Shown piece after piece: positions 1-15,789 of a stretch of DNA of 64,000 nucleotides. The stretch lies in NCBI GenBank assembly GCA_964016885.1, contig OZ024745.1, positions 54,002,001-54,066,000 on the forward strand, in the 5' to 3' direction. The translations under genes were made by a program, and so were the position numbers. The stretch comes from Eledone cirrhosa. Its lineage: Eukaryota. Under the pieces are notes generated by a model that searched no databases, had not been told where the DNA came from, and saw nothing but the letters and a program-made list of their open reading frames with translations. Position 1 is the first letter of the stretch, and each line of letters begins with the position of its first letter.

Positions 1-55
<55 letters not shown>

Positions 56-590
56 TATGTGTGTGTGCGTATGTATATATGTGTGTGTATGAGGAAACGA
101 GGGGGAAAAAGAGAGAGTGAATAACAATAAAATGGTCAAAAGGGTTATTATTTTATAGGAAACACACTAAATGTAAAAATGAAAAGCACGGCAAACACTT
201 CTGTTTGGCGACCAGGGTCACTTTTAGCAACACCATCACAAGTACCAATACCTTCGCTAACACTACTTCGTTCACTACTACCGACACCACCACGACTATT
301 ACAATAGCCACTCCAACACCAACTAGAACAATAACAACAATGACCAGCAACATCAACATTAAGCACAAGCGTCAACCATAATCGTGGCATCTAAGTTCAA
401 AGGATAAACGCAGAAGTTTTCTCTAAAGAGTTTAATTTGTATGAAGACAGTGCAAATTACTTCTTATTTGAAGTTACTATTTGTAATATATATTAAAGAA
501 AATCAAACGGAGTTTCAAGCGCAACAGACAAATTTTCTCTAATTGCAGGATTATTTGTCACTGGCCATCCTTAGATGACGGTCTAAAGGC

Positions 591-640
<50 letters not shown>

Positions 641-855
641 CTGTGTATGTATATACGTGTGTATATACGTGTGTGTGTGTGTGTGTGTTTGTGTGTCTAT
701 TTCAAGCACATAAATAAATTAAAGAATTTCTCGCCAAAATCGAATTGTATATTCTATAACAACCGGTATTGACGGCGATTATTTTGCTTCTCTTCGTTTG
801 TGAAGACGAAAAATACATTAGTTTGAAAGTTAGCGGCGATGTCAAAGACTTATTG

Positions 856-894
856 CTGTTGTTATTGTTGTCGTCGTCGTCGTCGTCGTCGTCG

Positions 895-971
<77 letters not shown>

Positions 972-1052
972 CTTCTTCTTCTTCTTCTTCTTCTTCTTCT
1001 TCTTCTTCTTCTTCTTCTTCTTCTTCTTCTTCTTCTTCTTCTTCTTCTTCTT
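856..1052. repeat. Compound trinucleotide microsatellite (GTC)n(GTT)n(CTT)n
   Basis: Directly visible; explains the poly-L/F/C/S/R/T ORFs. Confidence 0.97.
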
Positions 1053-1239
1053 TGTATATGTGTATATATATTATGAATTATCTGGGAGTGTTTGAAATTA
1101 GGAGATGTAAAAGACTCAAACACCCCAAAATAGGGGCAATAACAGTCGGTCACTGTTGAAGATAGATGGTAAATTACCTGAAGAGGAGGCAAAATGTGAG
1201 CAGATGTGAGTAGGAATGCCGTATCTCTCGAATACTGTA

Positions 1240-1960
1240 TACTCATTTTTTTTAACCTTTGCTGTCTCACTGCCATGTAGCAATAATGCACACACGCAGG
1301 CATCATACAGTCGACGCTTCACTATGAGAGAGAAGTGTTTTTTTTTGTTAACAGGGTTATTATATACTAAATTTTTTCCAGCCCGTTCTTACCGTGGATA
1401 CAAACCTTTCAGAACACTCTCTCCAACTTCTGATTATGTTTCCCAGGTTACAAAAGCTGTCAATAACTTCTGGGGAGCCTCATTAACAATTGTGGGAATC
1501 TATTTCACCAGTGTTTTTAGAGATAACATCTATACACCTGTCGCATATGAAGTCTATCTCTTCCGTCAGTATGCCTATAATCCCACTACGACACTTGTAC
1601 GTCCATTAGTCACACTGTGTGCATCTTATGCAATTTCTGCCCACCCCATTTTGACATATCGAATAAGGCCACTTCGCTCAACAGTATTAGCTTCCTGTTC
1701 TCTTTCCAAGCAAAATGTTCTCTATTATGACTTTAGTCTTTGTTAAGTTTACTTTGCAACCTTTCGATTTAAAATTGTTCATTCCTTGTCTGGAATTTTG
1801 CCATTAACAGTTCCATATATTAGATATAAAGACTAGATCATGAGCATTCATGAGTTCTTCTCGAGTATCAGTCTTAAATCTCCTGTGTTATAGCCGGAAG
1901 GTTGATGATAAAAATGTGAATAAGGATTGATCTTTTCAAAATCATCACAGTACTCATTGC
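1240..1960 (-). mobile_element. Degenerate RTE-clade LINE fragment (RT C-terminal half with embedded PHD-like Cys/His finger)
   Basis: Minus-strand translation gives AHDLVFI (YADD-like), KVNLTKTKVI, GVGRNCIRCTQC..W...SGI..L....FICDRC, RTGWKKF and KRRLYDACVCALLLHGSET, with many stops and frameshifts. Confidence 0.8.
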
Positions 1961-1976
1961 CAACTGTATACATAAT

Positions 1977-2197
<221 letters not shown>

Positions 2198-2249
2198 AAA
2201 AAATAATTAAGTCAAATATTTAAAATCTGGCTTCGTTTATTAAAGGTGT

Positions 2250-2304
2250 ACTGCTATATATATTTCGGTGACACCCATCCTTGGCTGTGACCTCTTCAGG
2301 CAGT
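2250..2304 (-). ncRNA. Minimal type I hammerhead ribozyme motif (intact core)
   Basis: Minus strand reads ACTGC-CTGAAGA-GGTCAC..GTGTCACC-GAAA-T-ATAT-A-TA^GCAGT: 5-bp stem I, CUGANGA/GAAA core, short stem III with palindromic ATAT loop. Confidence 0.8.
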
Positions 2305-2861
2305 CCGAATTGGTGTGGTAGAGACAGGTACACATGTTGAGATGTTTAACTCCGTCAATACTCCGATATGCCCAGTTCCTGTTGGGTTGTTATTTCTCTG
2401 AGGAACTGGAATCATATGAATTCGAACAAACGAATTTCGGCGTCAAAGGAACTCTTTCCTCCCATTGTGAGAACATTCCTCAGTCAAAAGTCTATAGACA
2501 TTTTTCTGAGGCAAGGCAATCTTTTGTGGTTGTTTTTGTTAAGTACAGCTGACCTCCTCCCTTGTATTGGTGTTAGGGGGTCAGGGGATCAGTAGGCAGG
2601 TCAGCTTTAGTTCGGCTGCTGCTATGTTTCGAAGAATGTGTGTGTGTGTGGATTGGCATCCATCTTGCCACCATTTCCCGTGGTGGTCGGGGGGTGGGGG
2701 TGGGGTGCCAAACACATGAAGAAAGAAGATAATGTAATAAAAGAATTAGAGGCAATAAAATGAGGAAAATAAAAGGATAAAAAAGTAAAAAATAAACAAA
2801 AAAATAATAGAATAATAAAAAGAATAAGATAATAAAAGAATAAAAGAAAAAAAGAATAAAA

Positions 2862-2957
<96 letters not shown>

Positions 2958-3471
2958 AATTGTTTATGTGTATGTATGTATGTATGAATGTATCTCTCTC
3001 TCTCTCTATGTATATTTTATATATATATATATATATATAGTGTTTGTGTAAGTTGTAGATGTATTTACTTTTAAAAAAATATAAACTGTTGATATAAACG
3101 TCAATATCGCACATTTGTATTTAACTTTCCCTCACCGATATTTCTTATTTCAGCTATTGAATTCAAAAATATATATAACGTTTCCTTTCGACTGCTCTTA
3201 CAACAAGTTTAACAAGTCTTGGCAAGGATTGAGATGCACTTAAGTACATAACAGACCAAACCAGAACGTTTTTGTGCTGTTGTACATTTTTAATAATTGT
3301 AAAAAAAAGACATAGGTGCTGAGTGTAAACTTTCAAATATATTGTAATTTTCTTTCCAACATTAAATCTTTCACTCATAAAAAATCTAGTTATTTTAACA
3401 TATACATGCAAACAGCCCTGTATATGCATAAGGATATGCACATACAACCAAATGCATACAAATACACATGA

Positions 3472-3518
<47 letters not shown>

Positions 3519-3974
3519 TACACATATATGTGTGTATGAGTATCTTGAGTATGTATATATGTGTGTATATATATTATATATATATACATATATACATACT
3601 CAAGATACACACACACACACACACATATATATGTATATATATATATGTATATGTATATATATATATAATATATATGTGTGTGTCAAGATACACACACACA
3701 CATATATATATATATATATCTTAGTTTGTTGTTGTTGATGGTGTTATTGTTGTTCAGTCGTCGGCACGATGAAGGTCGTTCTCGACTTGCTCTTCAAAAT
3801 GGGTGCCACATTTTTATGACTTTACAAATGTCTGGGAAGTGGTAATGTGCGTATGTATATACTTTGACAGCTTTCTCTCAATTTTCTCTCCTACACATGG
3901 TAAATGGTCAGTGGTAGTACAGCCGCAATCTTTAGCTATCTACCTATCTATCCGTCTATCTTCGGGCAATAGAT

Positions 3975-3976
3975 AC

Positions 3977-4059
<83 letters not shown>

Positions 4060-4068
4060 GATCTATCG

Positions 4069-4157
<89 letters not shown>

Positions 4158-4163
4158 CCTATA
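3975..4163. repeat. (TATC)n / GATA microsatellite, target of the Tx1-like array
   Basis: Directly visible; its last 16 nt are duplicated after element A. Confidence 0.97.
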
Positions 4164-5975
4164 GGGTCAAGGTGAACGGCTACCTCTCGGAGCCGTTCAA
4201 AATCGCGCGGTCCATCCGACAAGGGTGCCCTCTCTCCTCCCTTCTGTATGTGTTGACTCTCGAGCCACTACTGCGGAAGTTGGAGTTGTTGCAGGGCATC
4301 CCTTTGGAACCGGGATTGCGGAAAGCGGTGTCGGCCTACGCCGATGACGTGACAGTAATGGTGTCGACGGCCTCCGAAATCGAGGCGGTCGGCACCTTAC
4401 TGGAGGAGTACGAAAGGTTCACAGGGGCTAAGCTGAACCGGGACAAGTCGATCGGTTTGCAACTCGGCACGTGGAGGGGCAGACCGATGCCCTCCGATGG
4501 CGTCGTCGGACGCTGGACGGAGGGCCCGGTGAAGTTGGTCGGGGTCTGGTTCGGACCGGACCTCCAGGTGGAGAAAAACTGGGCGGAGGTTACGAACAGG
4601 GTGTTTGCACTGACCCAGAAGTGGGCCAGTTGCAAACTATCCCTGAAAGGTCGGGCGGAGGTGGCGAACACCTATATAGCGTCCGTCATCTACTACCGCC
4701 TGACCGTAGTGCCCTGCCCAAGGGAAACCCTCACCAAGATGGAGCGCGCGCTCTTCCAATTCCTTTGGAAGAGGCGGGCTCGTATGGTGAGGAGATCCAT
4801 CTGCTGTCAACACCCTTCGAAAGGAGGGCTGGGGATGCCGTGGCTAATGATGCGTAAACACGCATTAAGGCTACGGCACCTCTACGTATTCCTCACCGGT
4901 CAACCGGCGTGGGCCTCGTTTGTGAGACGAACCTTTCCCAGACTCGTCTCACTCACCGAGCTGCAATCCTGGGTCAAGCACAGACCGAGAAAACTGGGCG
5001 CCCGGCACACTGAGTGTGCCCAGGCGCTCACCGCCCTCTGGCAGGCGGATCCGGTTATCAGTGGAGACTCCACCGCAACATTCTATAGAGGGCTGGTACG
5101 CAGTAGGTGCGACGACGCCCTCGGAGAAGCCCTAGACATGGAGGAGGACGAACTGGCCAGCCTGTTCGGTAGGACATTCAGCCCGGGACCTATGGACAAC
5201 TTCCAGAAGTCCCTGGCCTGGCAGTGCTACCGAGCGGCTCTACCCGTTCGAGAAAAGCTCTACAGACACGGGCGCCCGGGTAGGGACCCCGCCAAAAAGA
5301 TCTGTCCCAGATGCGTGTGCGACGAGGAAACCGTTGCACACGCATTGGTACACTGCTCGGGCGTAGCTGATCTGTGGGGCTATGTCGAACAACTGCTGTC
5401 AAGGGTGGGACCGATCCGGTTGACCACCGAGTCTATTGTAATGATCAAGCCGCCTCCCCCTTCAAAGATGAAGCAGAGGCGGTGTTTCTGTGCGTAATAG
5501 CCATGGCGAAAGAGGTTGTATGGTGGACGCGTCTGAAAGGACTGAGGTCAGGCACCTTTCTCTCTGGCCAACAACTGGTCCGTTTCTTCCGATATCATTT
5601 CGGAAGAAGGATCAGGATGGAGAGAGAGGTGCTCCACCCCAGTCGTTTTTATGAAAGGTGGGTGAAAGTGGCGAGAATGGCCCGTGTGAATGGGCCTTCT
5701 CTCTACATCAGCCTGTAGGTGGAAGAGAGGAAGGAACGAGGGAGCACCCCTCTCTGTGCTCCTGAGGAAAAGGGTTGCACACTTTTTTCGGGGGTGTGTG
5801 CGACCCCCCAAGGCGCCTCCTCTCTATTGAGGATTTTGTTATAAATTTTATTTTTTGTTATATATTATTTTTATATATTGTTATTGCCTCCTCCTTATTG
5901 AGGACGCCTTTTTGTGTAAACTCCCCCTTTGTACTTGTCCCACTTTTGATGCCCTGGTGGCAAATAAAAGAAACA
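4164..5975 (+). mobile_element. Tx1/L1-clade non-LTR retrotransposon, 5'-truncated copy A (RT C-half, CCHC zinc motif, 3'UTR)
   Basis: RQGCPLS, YADD and CPRC..EETVAHALVHC motifs; frameshift near 5460; ends AATAAAAGAAACA; TSD TATCTATCTACCTATA at 4148-4163 and 5976-5991. Confidence 0.92.
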
Positions 5976-6032
5976 TATCTATCTACCTATATATCTATCT
6001 ACCATTCTATCTATCTGTCTGTATATCTATCT

Positions 6033-6212
<180 letters not shown>

Positions 6213-6272
6213 ACCTATCTATCCATCTACACATAACTTTCTACCTACCTACCTATCTATCTTTAAGTATCA

Positions 6273-6530
6273 CTTTAGAAGAAGAATCAGAGTGGAGAGA
6301 GAGGCACTGCACCCCAGTAAATTTACTGAAAGGTGGGTGAATGAAGCGAAAATGGCGCGTGTGATTGGCCGTTCTCTGTTTATAAGCCTGTAGGTTAAAG
6401 AAGAGAGCAAAAGGAAGAACGGAGCACTTGCACAACACGCTCCTGAAGTTGAGGGTTGTTCTATCGACGAAGCATTAAACAACCCATTTGTGGCGTCTCC
6501 CCCCTATTGGGTATTTCGATTGTTATAATT
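6273..6530 (+). mobile_element. Tx1-like 3' fragment B1 (subfamily of copy F), 3' end missing
   Basis: Closely matches 21849-22105 (RRIRVERE..., 3'UTR). Confidence 0.85.
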
Positions 6531-6531
6531 G

Positions 6532-6889
6532 TTGGAAGAAGAATCAGGATGGAGAGAGAGGTGCTGTACCCCAGCAAGTTTTATGAAAGGTGGGTGAAAG
6601 TGGCGAGAATGGCGCGAGTGAATGGGCCTGCTCTCTATATCAGCCTGTAGGTTGAGGAAAAGGAGGAGGAGAGGAAAGGAGTACAAACTCTTCGTACTCC
6701 TGGAGATGAGGGTTGCACATTTTTTCGGGGGTATGTGTTACCCATATGAACTGTCTCCCCCTATTGGGGAAAATCGACTAATTTTTTAAATTGCATTTGT
6801 GATAACATTTTACACGTTTATATTGTATGTAAACTTCCCCCTTTGTATTTGTCCCCTTCTTTTGTGTCCCTGTGGCTAATAAAGAAACA
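6532..6889 (+). mobile_element. Tx1-like 3' fragment B2 (~358 bp)
   Basis: Encodes GRRIRMEREVLYPSKFYERWVKVARMARVNGPALYISL*; ends AATAAAGAAACA followed by (TATC)n; near-identical to 20601-20957. Confidence 0.9.
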
Positions 6890-6943
<54 letters not shown>

Positions 6944-6949
6944 AAAGAA

Positions 6950-9900
6950 GGGACTATGCAGGAACATGTCCTAATAGAGGGGGGTGTAACAGCCTCAAGG
7001 GGTTACTCGACCGTTTTAACTTGGTCGATAGATATCGACTAGATTTTCCAACTGTGCCTACCTGGACTTGGAGAAACCACAGTGATCAATCTAGATCGTA
7101 CTTAGATAGATTCTTAGTTAGAAGTAAGGATAGGGACATATTAAGCTGTCCAGAAATGCGCACGGTTGGCTATACGGATCACAAATTAGTGACCTGCGTA
7201 GTCAATCTCGAGAAAACACATAAACAGGGTCCCGGTTACTGGAAACTTAATTTGTCTTTACCGGCAAAAGAGACTTACAGAAACCGGATTAGCAGATTAG
7301 TTAAGGAGAGGTTGACGGGTGCAATCGTCAACAACCGATGGTGGGCATCTCTCAAAAGAGAGATTAGAACAGAATCAATAAGTTATAGCAAGATGTTAGC
7401 TGCCGATAGGAATAGAAACGAGAAAGAATTAACAGGTAAATTAGAAGAGGCAATCAAGAGCGAAGATGTGGCCAGAGTGCTGGCATCGAGGACGGCCTTG
7501 AACCAGTTTTTCGATGCAAAGCACGAAGGCTGCGTCATTCGAAGTAAAATACGTGCTCTAGGTAATGAGGGGGCCAAAGCCGTTGGCTGGGCCCGCGTGA
7601 CAGAAGCTAAGAGTGGAAATCGATCCACCATCCGGTCGTTGCAAGACGAGGATGGACGGGTGATCCGGGAGCCTAAGCAGATGTGCGAGGCCTTTCAAAG
7701 GCACTTTGCCCGATTATTCGGGGGAGGCGAGGGTCCGGGCGGGGACGTGGATTTCGGTCCATACCTCGACGGCCTGCCGCGTCTCTCGAGCGAAGAGGCA
7801 GAGTCCTGCGAGGGACCAATCTCGGCTGATGAGATCGGAGATGCGCTGAGCCAATGCAGCAGACGCAAATCTCCAGGTCTCGATGGTATACCTTACGAAC
7901 TTTATTTAGCAATGCCGGTCTTCTTCTCCGAACTCCTCGAAGCGGTCTACTGCAATTGGCAGCAGAACGGGAGAATTCCTTGTTCTGTAGCCAAGGGCGT
8001 AGTCTCGCTGGTGAGGAAGGACGAGAACAAGGGGGATAGTATAAATAATTTTCGGCCCATAACCCTGCTAAACACAGAGTTAAAGATTTTGGCCAAGGTG
8101 TTAGCAAAGAGGTTGGCGCTTGTCGTGGGTAGCCTGGTGGGAGATGCGCAGACATGTGCTATCCCATCCAGGTCCATTCACGATAACCTCCACCTCATGC
8201 GATACATCATAGAGAGGGTTGGCAACAAACCCGGCTTCGGTGGCGCCCTGATCAACTTGGATCAGTCTAAGGCCTTCGATAGGGTCGACCATGGTTACCT
8301 GGATGCGGTGCTAGCGGCGGCTGGGTTCGGTCCTGTTTTCAGAGGCTGGATCACTGCCTTACATAGCAACCACATCTGTTCTAGGATCAAGCTGAACGGC
8401 TACGTTTCGAAGCCGTTCGAAATCACACGATCCATTCGACAGGGGTGCCCTCTCTCCTCCCTTCTGTACGTATTGACTCTCGAGCCTTTACTGAGGAAGT
8501 TAGAGTTGTTGCAGGGTATCCCCCTGGAACCAGGATTGAGCAAAGCGGTGTCGGCCTACGCCGATGACGTAACAGTAATGGTATCGACCGACTCGGAAAT
8601 CGAAGCGATCGGTACCTTACTGGAGGATTACGAAAGGTTGTCAGGAGCGGACTGAACCGGGAAAAATCCATCGGGCTGCAACTCGGAACGTGGAGAGGCA
8701 GACCGATGCCTCCCGACGGTGTCGTCGGACACTGGACGGAGGGCCCGGTAAAGTTGCTTGGGGTCTGGTTTGGACCGGACCTCCAGGTGGAATAGAACTG
8801 GGACGAGGTTACGAACAAGGTGTTTGCACTAACCCAGAAATGGGCCAAGTGTAAGCTGTCCCTAAAAGGCCGGGCGGAGGTGGCGAACATTTACATAGCG
8901 TCCGTCACTTACTACCGCCTGACTGTCGTGCCTTGCCCTAAGGAAACACTCACCACCATGGAACGCATGCTCTTCCAATTTCTTTGGAAGAAGCGCCCTC
9001 CTATGGTGAGAAGATCCATCTGCTGCCAACAACCTTCGAAAGGAGGGCTGGGGATGCCGTGGTTGATGATGCGTAGGCACGCATTAAGGCTACGGCACCT
9101 ACAGGTATTCCTCACTGGTCAACCGGTGTGGGCTCCGTTTGTGAAACGAGCCTTTCCGAGACTTGTCTCGCTCACCGAGCTGCAGTCCTGGGTCAAGCAA
9201 AGATCCGGAAAACTGAGAGACTGGCACACTGAGTGTGCTCAGGCGCTCAGGGCTCTCTGGCAAGCGGGCCAGGACATCGGTGGAGTATCCACCTCATCAT
9301 TCTATAGAGGGTTGGTGGCTAGCAGGGGCGATGACACCCTTGGAGAGTCGCTGGACATGGAAGAGGACGAACTGGCCAGCCTGTTCGGTCTGGGACCAAT
9401 GGACAACTTCCAGAAGTCACTAGCCTGGCAGTGCTACCGGAGGGCTCTACCCGTTCGAGAGAGGCTCTACAGACACGGGCACCCGGGCAGGGATCCCTCA
9501 AAAAAGATTTGCCCTAGATGCGTGCGTCACTAAGAAACCGTTGCGCACGCATTGGTGCAATGTCCGGGCGTGGCTGATCTGTGGGGCTACGCCGAACGAC
9601 TGCTGTCGCGGGTGGCGCCGATTCAATTGACCGCCGAGTCCGTGATGACAATCAAACCGCCGCCCCTCTTCACAAAGGAAGCAAAGGCGGTTTTTCTGTG
9701 CGTAATAGCCATGTTGAAAGAGGTTGTTTGGTGGACACGATTGAAAGGTCTGAGGTCAGGCAACTTCCTCTCTGGCCATAGTCTGGTCTACTTCTTCCGA
9801 TATCACTTCGGAAGAAGGATAAGAATGGAGAGAGAGGTGCTTGGCCACAGGCAATTTTATGAAAGGTGGGTGATAGTGGCGAGAATGGCTCGTGTAAATG

Positions 9901-10141
9901 GGCCTTCTCTGTATACCATCCTGTAGGTAAAGAAGTGAAGGAGAGGGGAGCACCTTCTCCATGTGCTCCCCGGGCAAAGGATTGCACACTTTTTCGGGGG
10001 TGTGTGCAACCCCCATCACGTCTTCTCCCTTTTGAGGTTATTTTCGATTATTTTCATTTTATACCCTTTTTACTCGATTGTATGTAAACTCCCCCTTTGT
10101 ATTTGTCCCTTTTTTATGCCTTTATGGTAAATAAAGAAATA
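6950..10141 (+). mobile_element. Tx1/L1-clade non-LTR retrotransposon, 5'-truncated copy C (end of APE endonuclease, full RT, CCHC); disabled
   Basis: SYLDRFLV/TDHKLV (APE), KSPGLDG, NFRPITLLN, LDQSKAFDRVDH, RQGCPLS, YADD; frameshift ~8650, stops ~8793 and 9531; TSD TATCTATCTATCTAAAAGAA at 6930-6949 and 10142-10161. Confidence 0.95.
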
Positions 10142-10176
10142 TATCTATCTATCTAAAAGAAATATATCTATCTATC

Positions 10177-10345
10177 TATCGACGGAGTATTAAACAACCC
10201 ATTTGCAACGCCTCCCCTCTATTAGGTATTACGATCGTTAAATTTGTTTGTTGAAAATATATATTTTACACAGTTGTATGTAAAAACCCCGGTATATGTC
10301 TTTGTATTGTCCCCTTTTTTTTGTGCGCCCTTGTGGCAAATAAAG

Positions 10346-10349
<4 letters not shown>
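10177..10349 (+). mobile_element. Tx1-like 3'UTR-only fragment D
   Basis: Homologous to 6461-6530 and 22039-22210; ends AATAAAGAAA. Confidence 0.85.
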
Positions 10350-10426
<77 letters not shown>

Positions 10427-11112
10427 GACCAATCGGAAGCACGATTATTACGCGTTGTTTAAAATACAAATTGTTTCATGCACATTTTGATCTGCATTAA
10501 TTCAGAGCAAACAAGCTACATTCATCAGTTGTGCACATTATTTACATCCGTTTCGTGCCGAGAGACAGAATAAGTAACAATGCCTTCATAGCAGATGTTT
10601 CAGGAAAATTAATTCTGTTTTTGCAAGAGTAATATCTCTTGGCTTGCTAAAAACACACACATGTATACACACACACATGCATACAAACACACACAAATGT
10701 ATGCACACACACACACACACACACACACGCATACAAACACACACAAATGTATGCACACACACACACACACACACATACGCACACACTTATGCGCATATAC
10801 ACATACGCACACAAATATAATGCCAGAGGGTTTCGCAAATGGTCACCTATAAAGGAGAATATCATGGATTTCCCACGTGTACATTTCTAAGTATATTCTT
10901 ATATAACTAACTACACACACAGACATACGCACGCACACACACACACACATACGTACACGCACACACACATACGTACACACACACACACACATACACTCAC
11001 ATACACACACAGACATACACAGACATACACACACATACACTCACTTACTCACACACATACACACATACAGACACATACATGTATGAAGAGAGTGGAAGAA
11101 GAGAGTGGAAGA

Positions 11113-11145
<33 letters not shown>

Positions 11146-11254
11146 TTTGGCGGAAAATGATAAATATATCACATGAGTATCTATGTAATATAAAAAGTGG
11201 AAACAAAAATAATATCTATCAAAAACCAATAGTAATATCGTAGGTAACAAGGAG

Positions 11255-12202
<948 letters not shown>

Positions 12203-12421
12203 GAAAAGCAAACAGCAATAATATCAGCCATAAGCAGAAGATATTAACAAGAGCAGCAGCAGTAGCAGCAGCAATAAGAACAAAAATACCAAAATCAAGA
12301 AAAACAACTTCCTTCTATTGAATGAGGAGCGTTCGAAATGAAAAACAAAATCGGACAATAGTGAAAAGAAACAGTATTTGAATAGACAATGCTCGTTATA
12401 TATATATATATATATATATAC

Positions 12422-12453
<32 letters not shown>

Positions 12454-12587
12454 ATATATATATAGAAAGAGAATGCTCGTTTTATATATATATATATCAT
12501 ATATATATATATATATACACACACATATATATATACATATACACACACACATACATACATACATATATATATACACACACACACACA

Positions 12588-12628
<41 letters not shown>

Positions 12629-12849
12629 CACATTCGCGGTAGTTTGGTCAATTAATAAATTACTAGTGCATTAACGGAGTTTTGATTCAATGGTATGAGT
12701 TACTATTGTCTATGTCTTTGGAAATATTCATGAGCAGAAAAAATGGAGTTAGCTTGACGAGTTTTAATCCCGTATTTAGATTTCACCACCATTTAAGTGC
12801 CCTCTTTAACTATACCCAGAGACACTGCTTAGAAACACACCATTTCTAA

Positions 12850-13400
12850 CGATTTAACGATCTATATAATACGTACGAAAGTTTGTATGTTTATCTTGAA
12901 GAAAACGCCACCATTCTTCAGCAAATCATCACCAAATTTGACTTAGATATTCAGATGGATTCTAGAATTCTCCGTTTTTCAATCTAATATTTGTTAGAAT
13001 TACTTATTAGAATTACAGAAACCTTGAGCAGCTTTGTGAACGAGGCATTTTAGCTCTGCCAAATGGCATTGTGCACCTCCTATGACAATTCAGATGGAAT
13101 AATTCTGTTAACGCTACAGTTGATATTAAGGATGCTGTAAAGTATGCAACGGTGTTTCTAAATTTTCTTCAGCCCACCAGTGTTCCATCCCACAATCCAC
13201 AATTGTTGCAAAAGAATATGAAAGCACCAATACTCTCTAACAGTACAGCAATAAATATCGAAAACATTATACTACATGTGATCGAAACCCCCCTAATGAT
13301 TTGTTATGTTAAGGGAGATATTTTCATGTATTCCTCTCATCCTATCAAATATCCCATTTCAGTTCAAGCGTCTTCTGATTCCAGAGATATTCTTATTTTT
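12850..13400 (+). mobile_element. Degenerate Helitron RepHel (Pif1-type helicase) fragment
   Basis: Translation DAVKYATVFLNFLQPTSVPSH...APILSNST...HVIET...IPLILSNIPFQFKRLLIP matches the Helitron helicase segment YP.EFLNSL.P.G.PPH...P.LCNGT...RIPL.PSD.PF.FKR.QFP. Confidence 0.7.
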
Positions 13401-14089
13401 TATGACCATGTAGAAGTCTGAAAGTCAGTCGCATAAGGTTATTTGAGTTGAAATTATAAGCTCATATTATGCTTAAATGTTTCATGCTCACGTGTTAATG
13501 CAAACAGTCGTATTTTTTTTTTCAGCAGAGAACAAGACATTTTAAACACCCTTCTACGTAAATAGCATCGTTGTGAACAGAAAAAATGGATTTAGCCGGA
13601 TTATTTTCAATTCTGTATTGGAATATCATAAGGGAATACATACCTTTTTAACTGTTTACACAGACCCTGCTTATAACACTCTTGCCAACTAAAACACACC
13701 CCTGAATAGAAATTCTTGTTTAATGTGTAACATATCAATGTAGACTTACAAGAAAACGTACAATGTAAGAAATAAAATCAATTTCTTTAGGCCACAGAAT
13801 TAAAATTAAGAAGAATTACATATATAAATGTTTCACACATAATAGAAACCTGAAACCCTGAACATTAGATATGTGTCTGCTTTTCAATAAAAAATGTATG
13901 CAAATCATCAAATGAAGTACATAAAACGTTGCTTTAAAGTCCTTTATATTTAAGAAAAATGTTTCTGTACATTCGGCCTCTATGCCTTGACGGGTAAATC
14001 TGCGCATAAAATGAATTATTGACTGCTAGTTCGATTAAGAAATTAGTGGGTGTTAATAATGTTTGGTTTCAACGCTATTCCGTACTACA

Positions 14090-14805
<716 letters not shown>

Positions 14806-15104
14806 CGAATACAATAAAGAAAGAGCAGCCTTTATAAATGGATTGCTTCCTAATTGCTTGAAGCCCTCAGTAATACCGAGTTTATAGACATGGCCTGGGT
14901 AAACATTTAGGTAGTTACACAAGGAGGTAGTTATTCACTGCTGCAATTCCAGCTAAGGATTGAAAATAATTTAACTAATTTCACTTTGTTTGTCCGTAAG
15001 GATAGCGTAAAGAAAATGATTGTTTAATATCTGGGCTTTGTATAGCGTTGGGTAAAATCTAGATATATTCTGTAGTACAGTATAGGATTGAAAGAAATGT
15101 GCAT

Positions 15105-15385
15105 ATCTATCTAGCTAGCTAGCTACCTAGCTACCTAGCTACCTACCTATCTACCTTCGTACCTACCTATCTATCTACCCAGCTACCTACCTACCTACCT
15201 ACCTACCTACCTACCTACCTACCTACCTACCTACCTACCTACCTACCTACCTACCTACCTACCTACCTACCTACCTACCTACCTACCTACCTACCTACCT
15301 ACCTACCTACCTACCTACCTACCTACCTACCTACCTACCTACCTACCTATCTATCTACCTATCTATCTATCTATCTATTTACCTT
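15105..15385. repeat. (CTAC)n/(CTAT)n microsatellite upstream of Tx1 copy E
   Basis: Directly visible. Confidence 0.95.
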
Positions 15386-15789
15386 AAATCTAGCTGTCGT
15401 CTGTTCTACAGCGTAGATGTAATTCACTTCGCGCAGAAGTTTTGTTCAAATTTATTGCGGAAATTTTGTAAGTTCAATTTTAATTTTGATACTATTGTGT
15501 AGCTTGACCCCCCGTCTGAACTGTCAGGCGGTGGGTCAGCTCATCTTTACCCCTCCTAGGGGTGAAAAACCTGTTTTCAAAAATTTTGTGGCATAAAAAA
15601 ATTTCAATCGTCTGACAGAAATGTTAAACGAAGCTAACGAAAATAGTGGTGGGGGGACAGCGGTAAGAGTTGTAAGCTCGCACGCTTTAGTCCCCCTTTC
15701 CTTCCCAACTAACGTCATAGAGAAGGAAGGAAAAAAAAATAAAAACAGACGAATCTGCGGAGAAAAATGACGAAAACACAAATCTGGAC

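Noticed and set aside
3803-4163. N-terminal extension (YLSI repeats) on the RT ORF, suggesting a host-TE fusion gene
   Set aside because: Chance read-through of (TATC)n; the element starts at 4164 as defined by its TSD.
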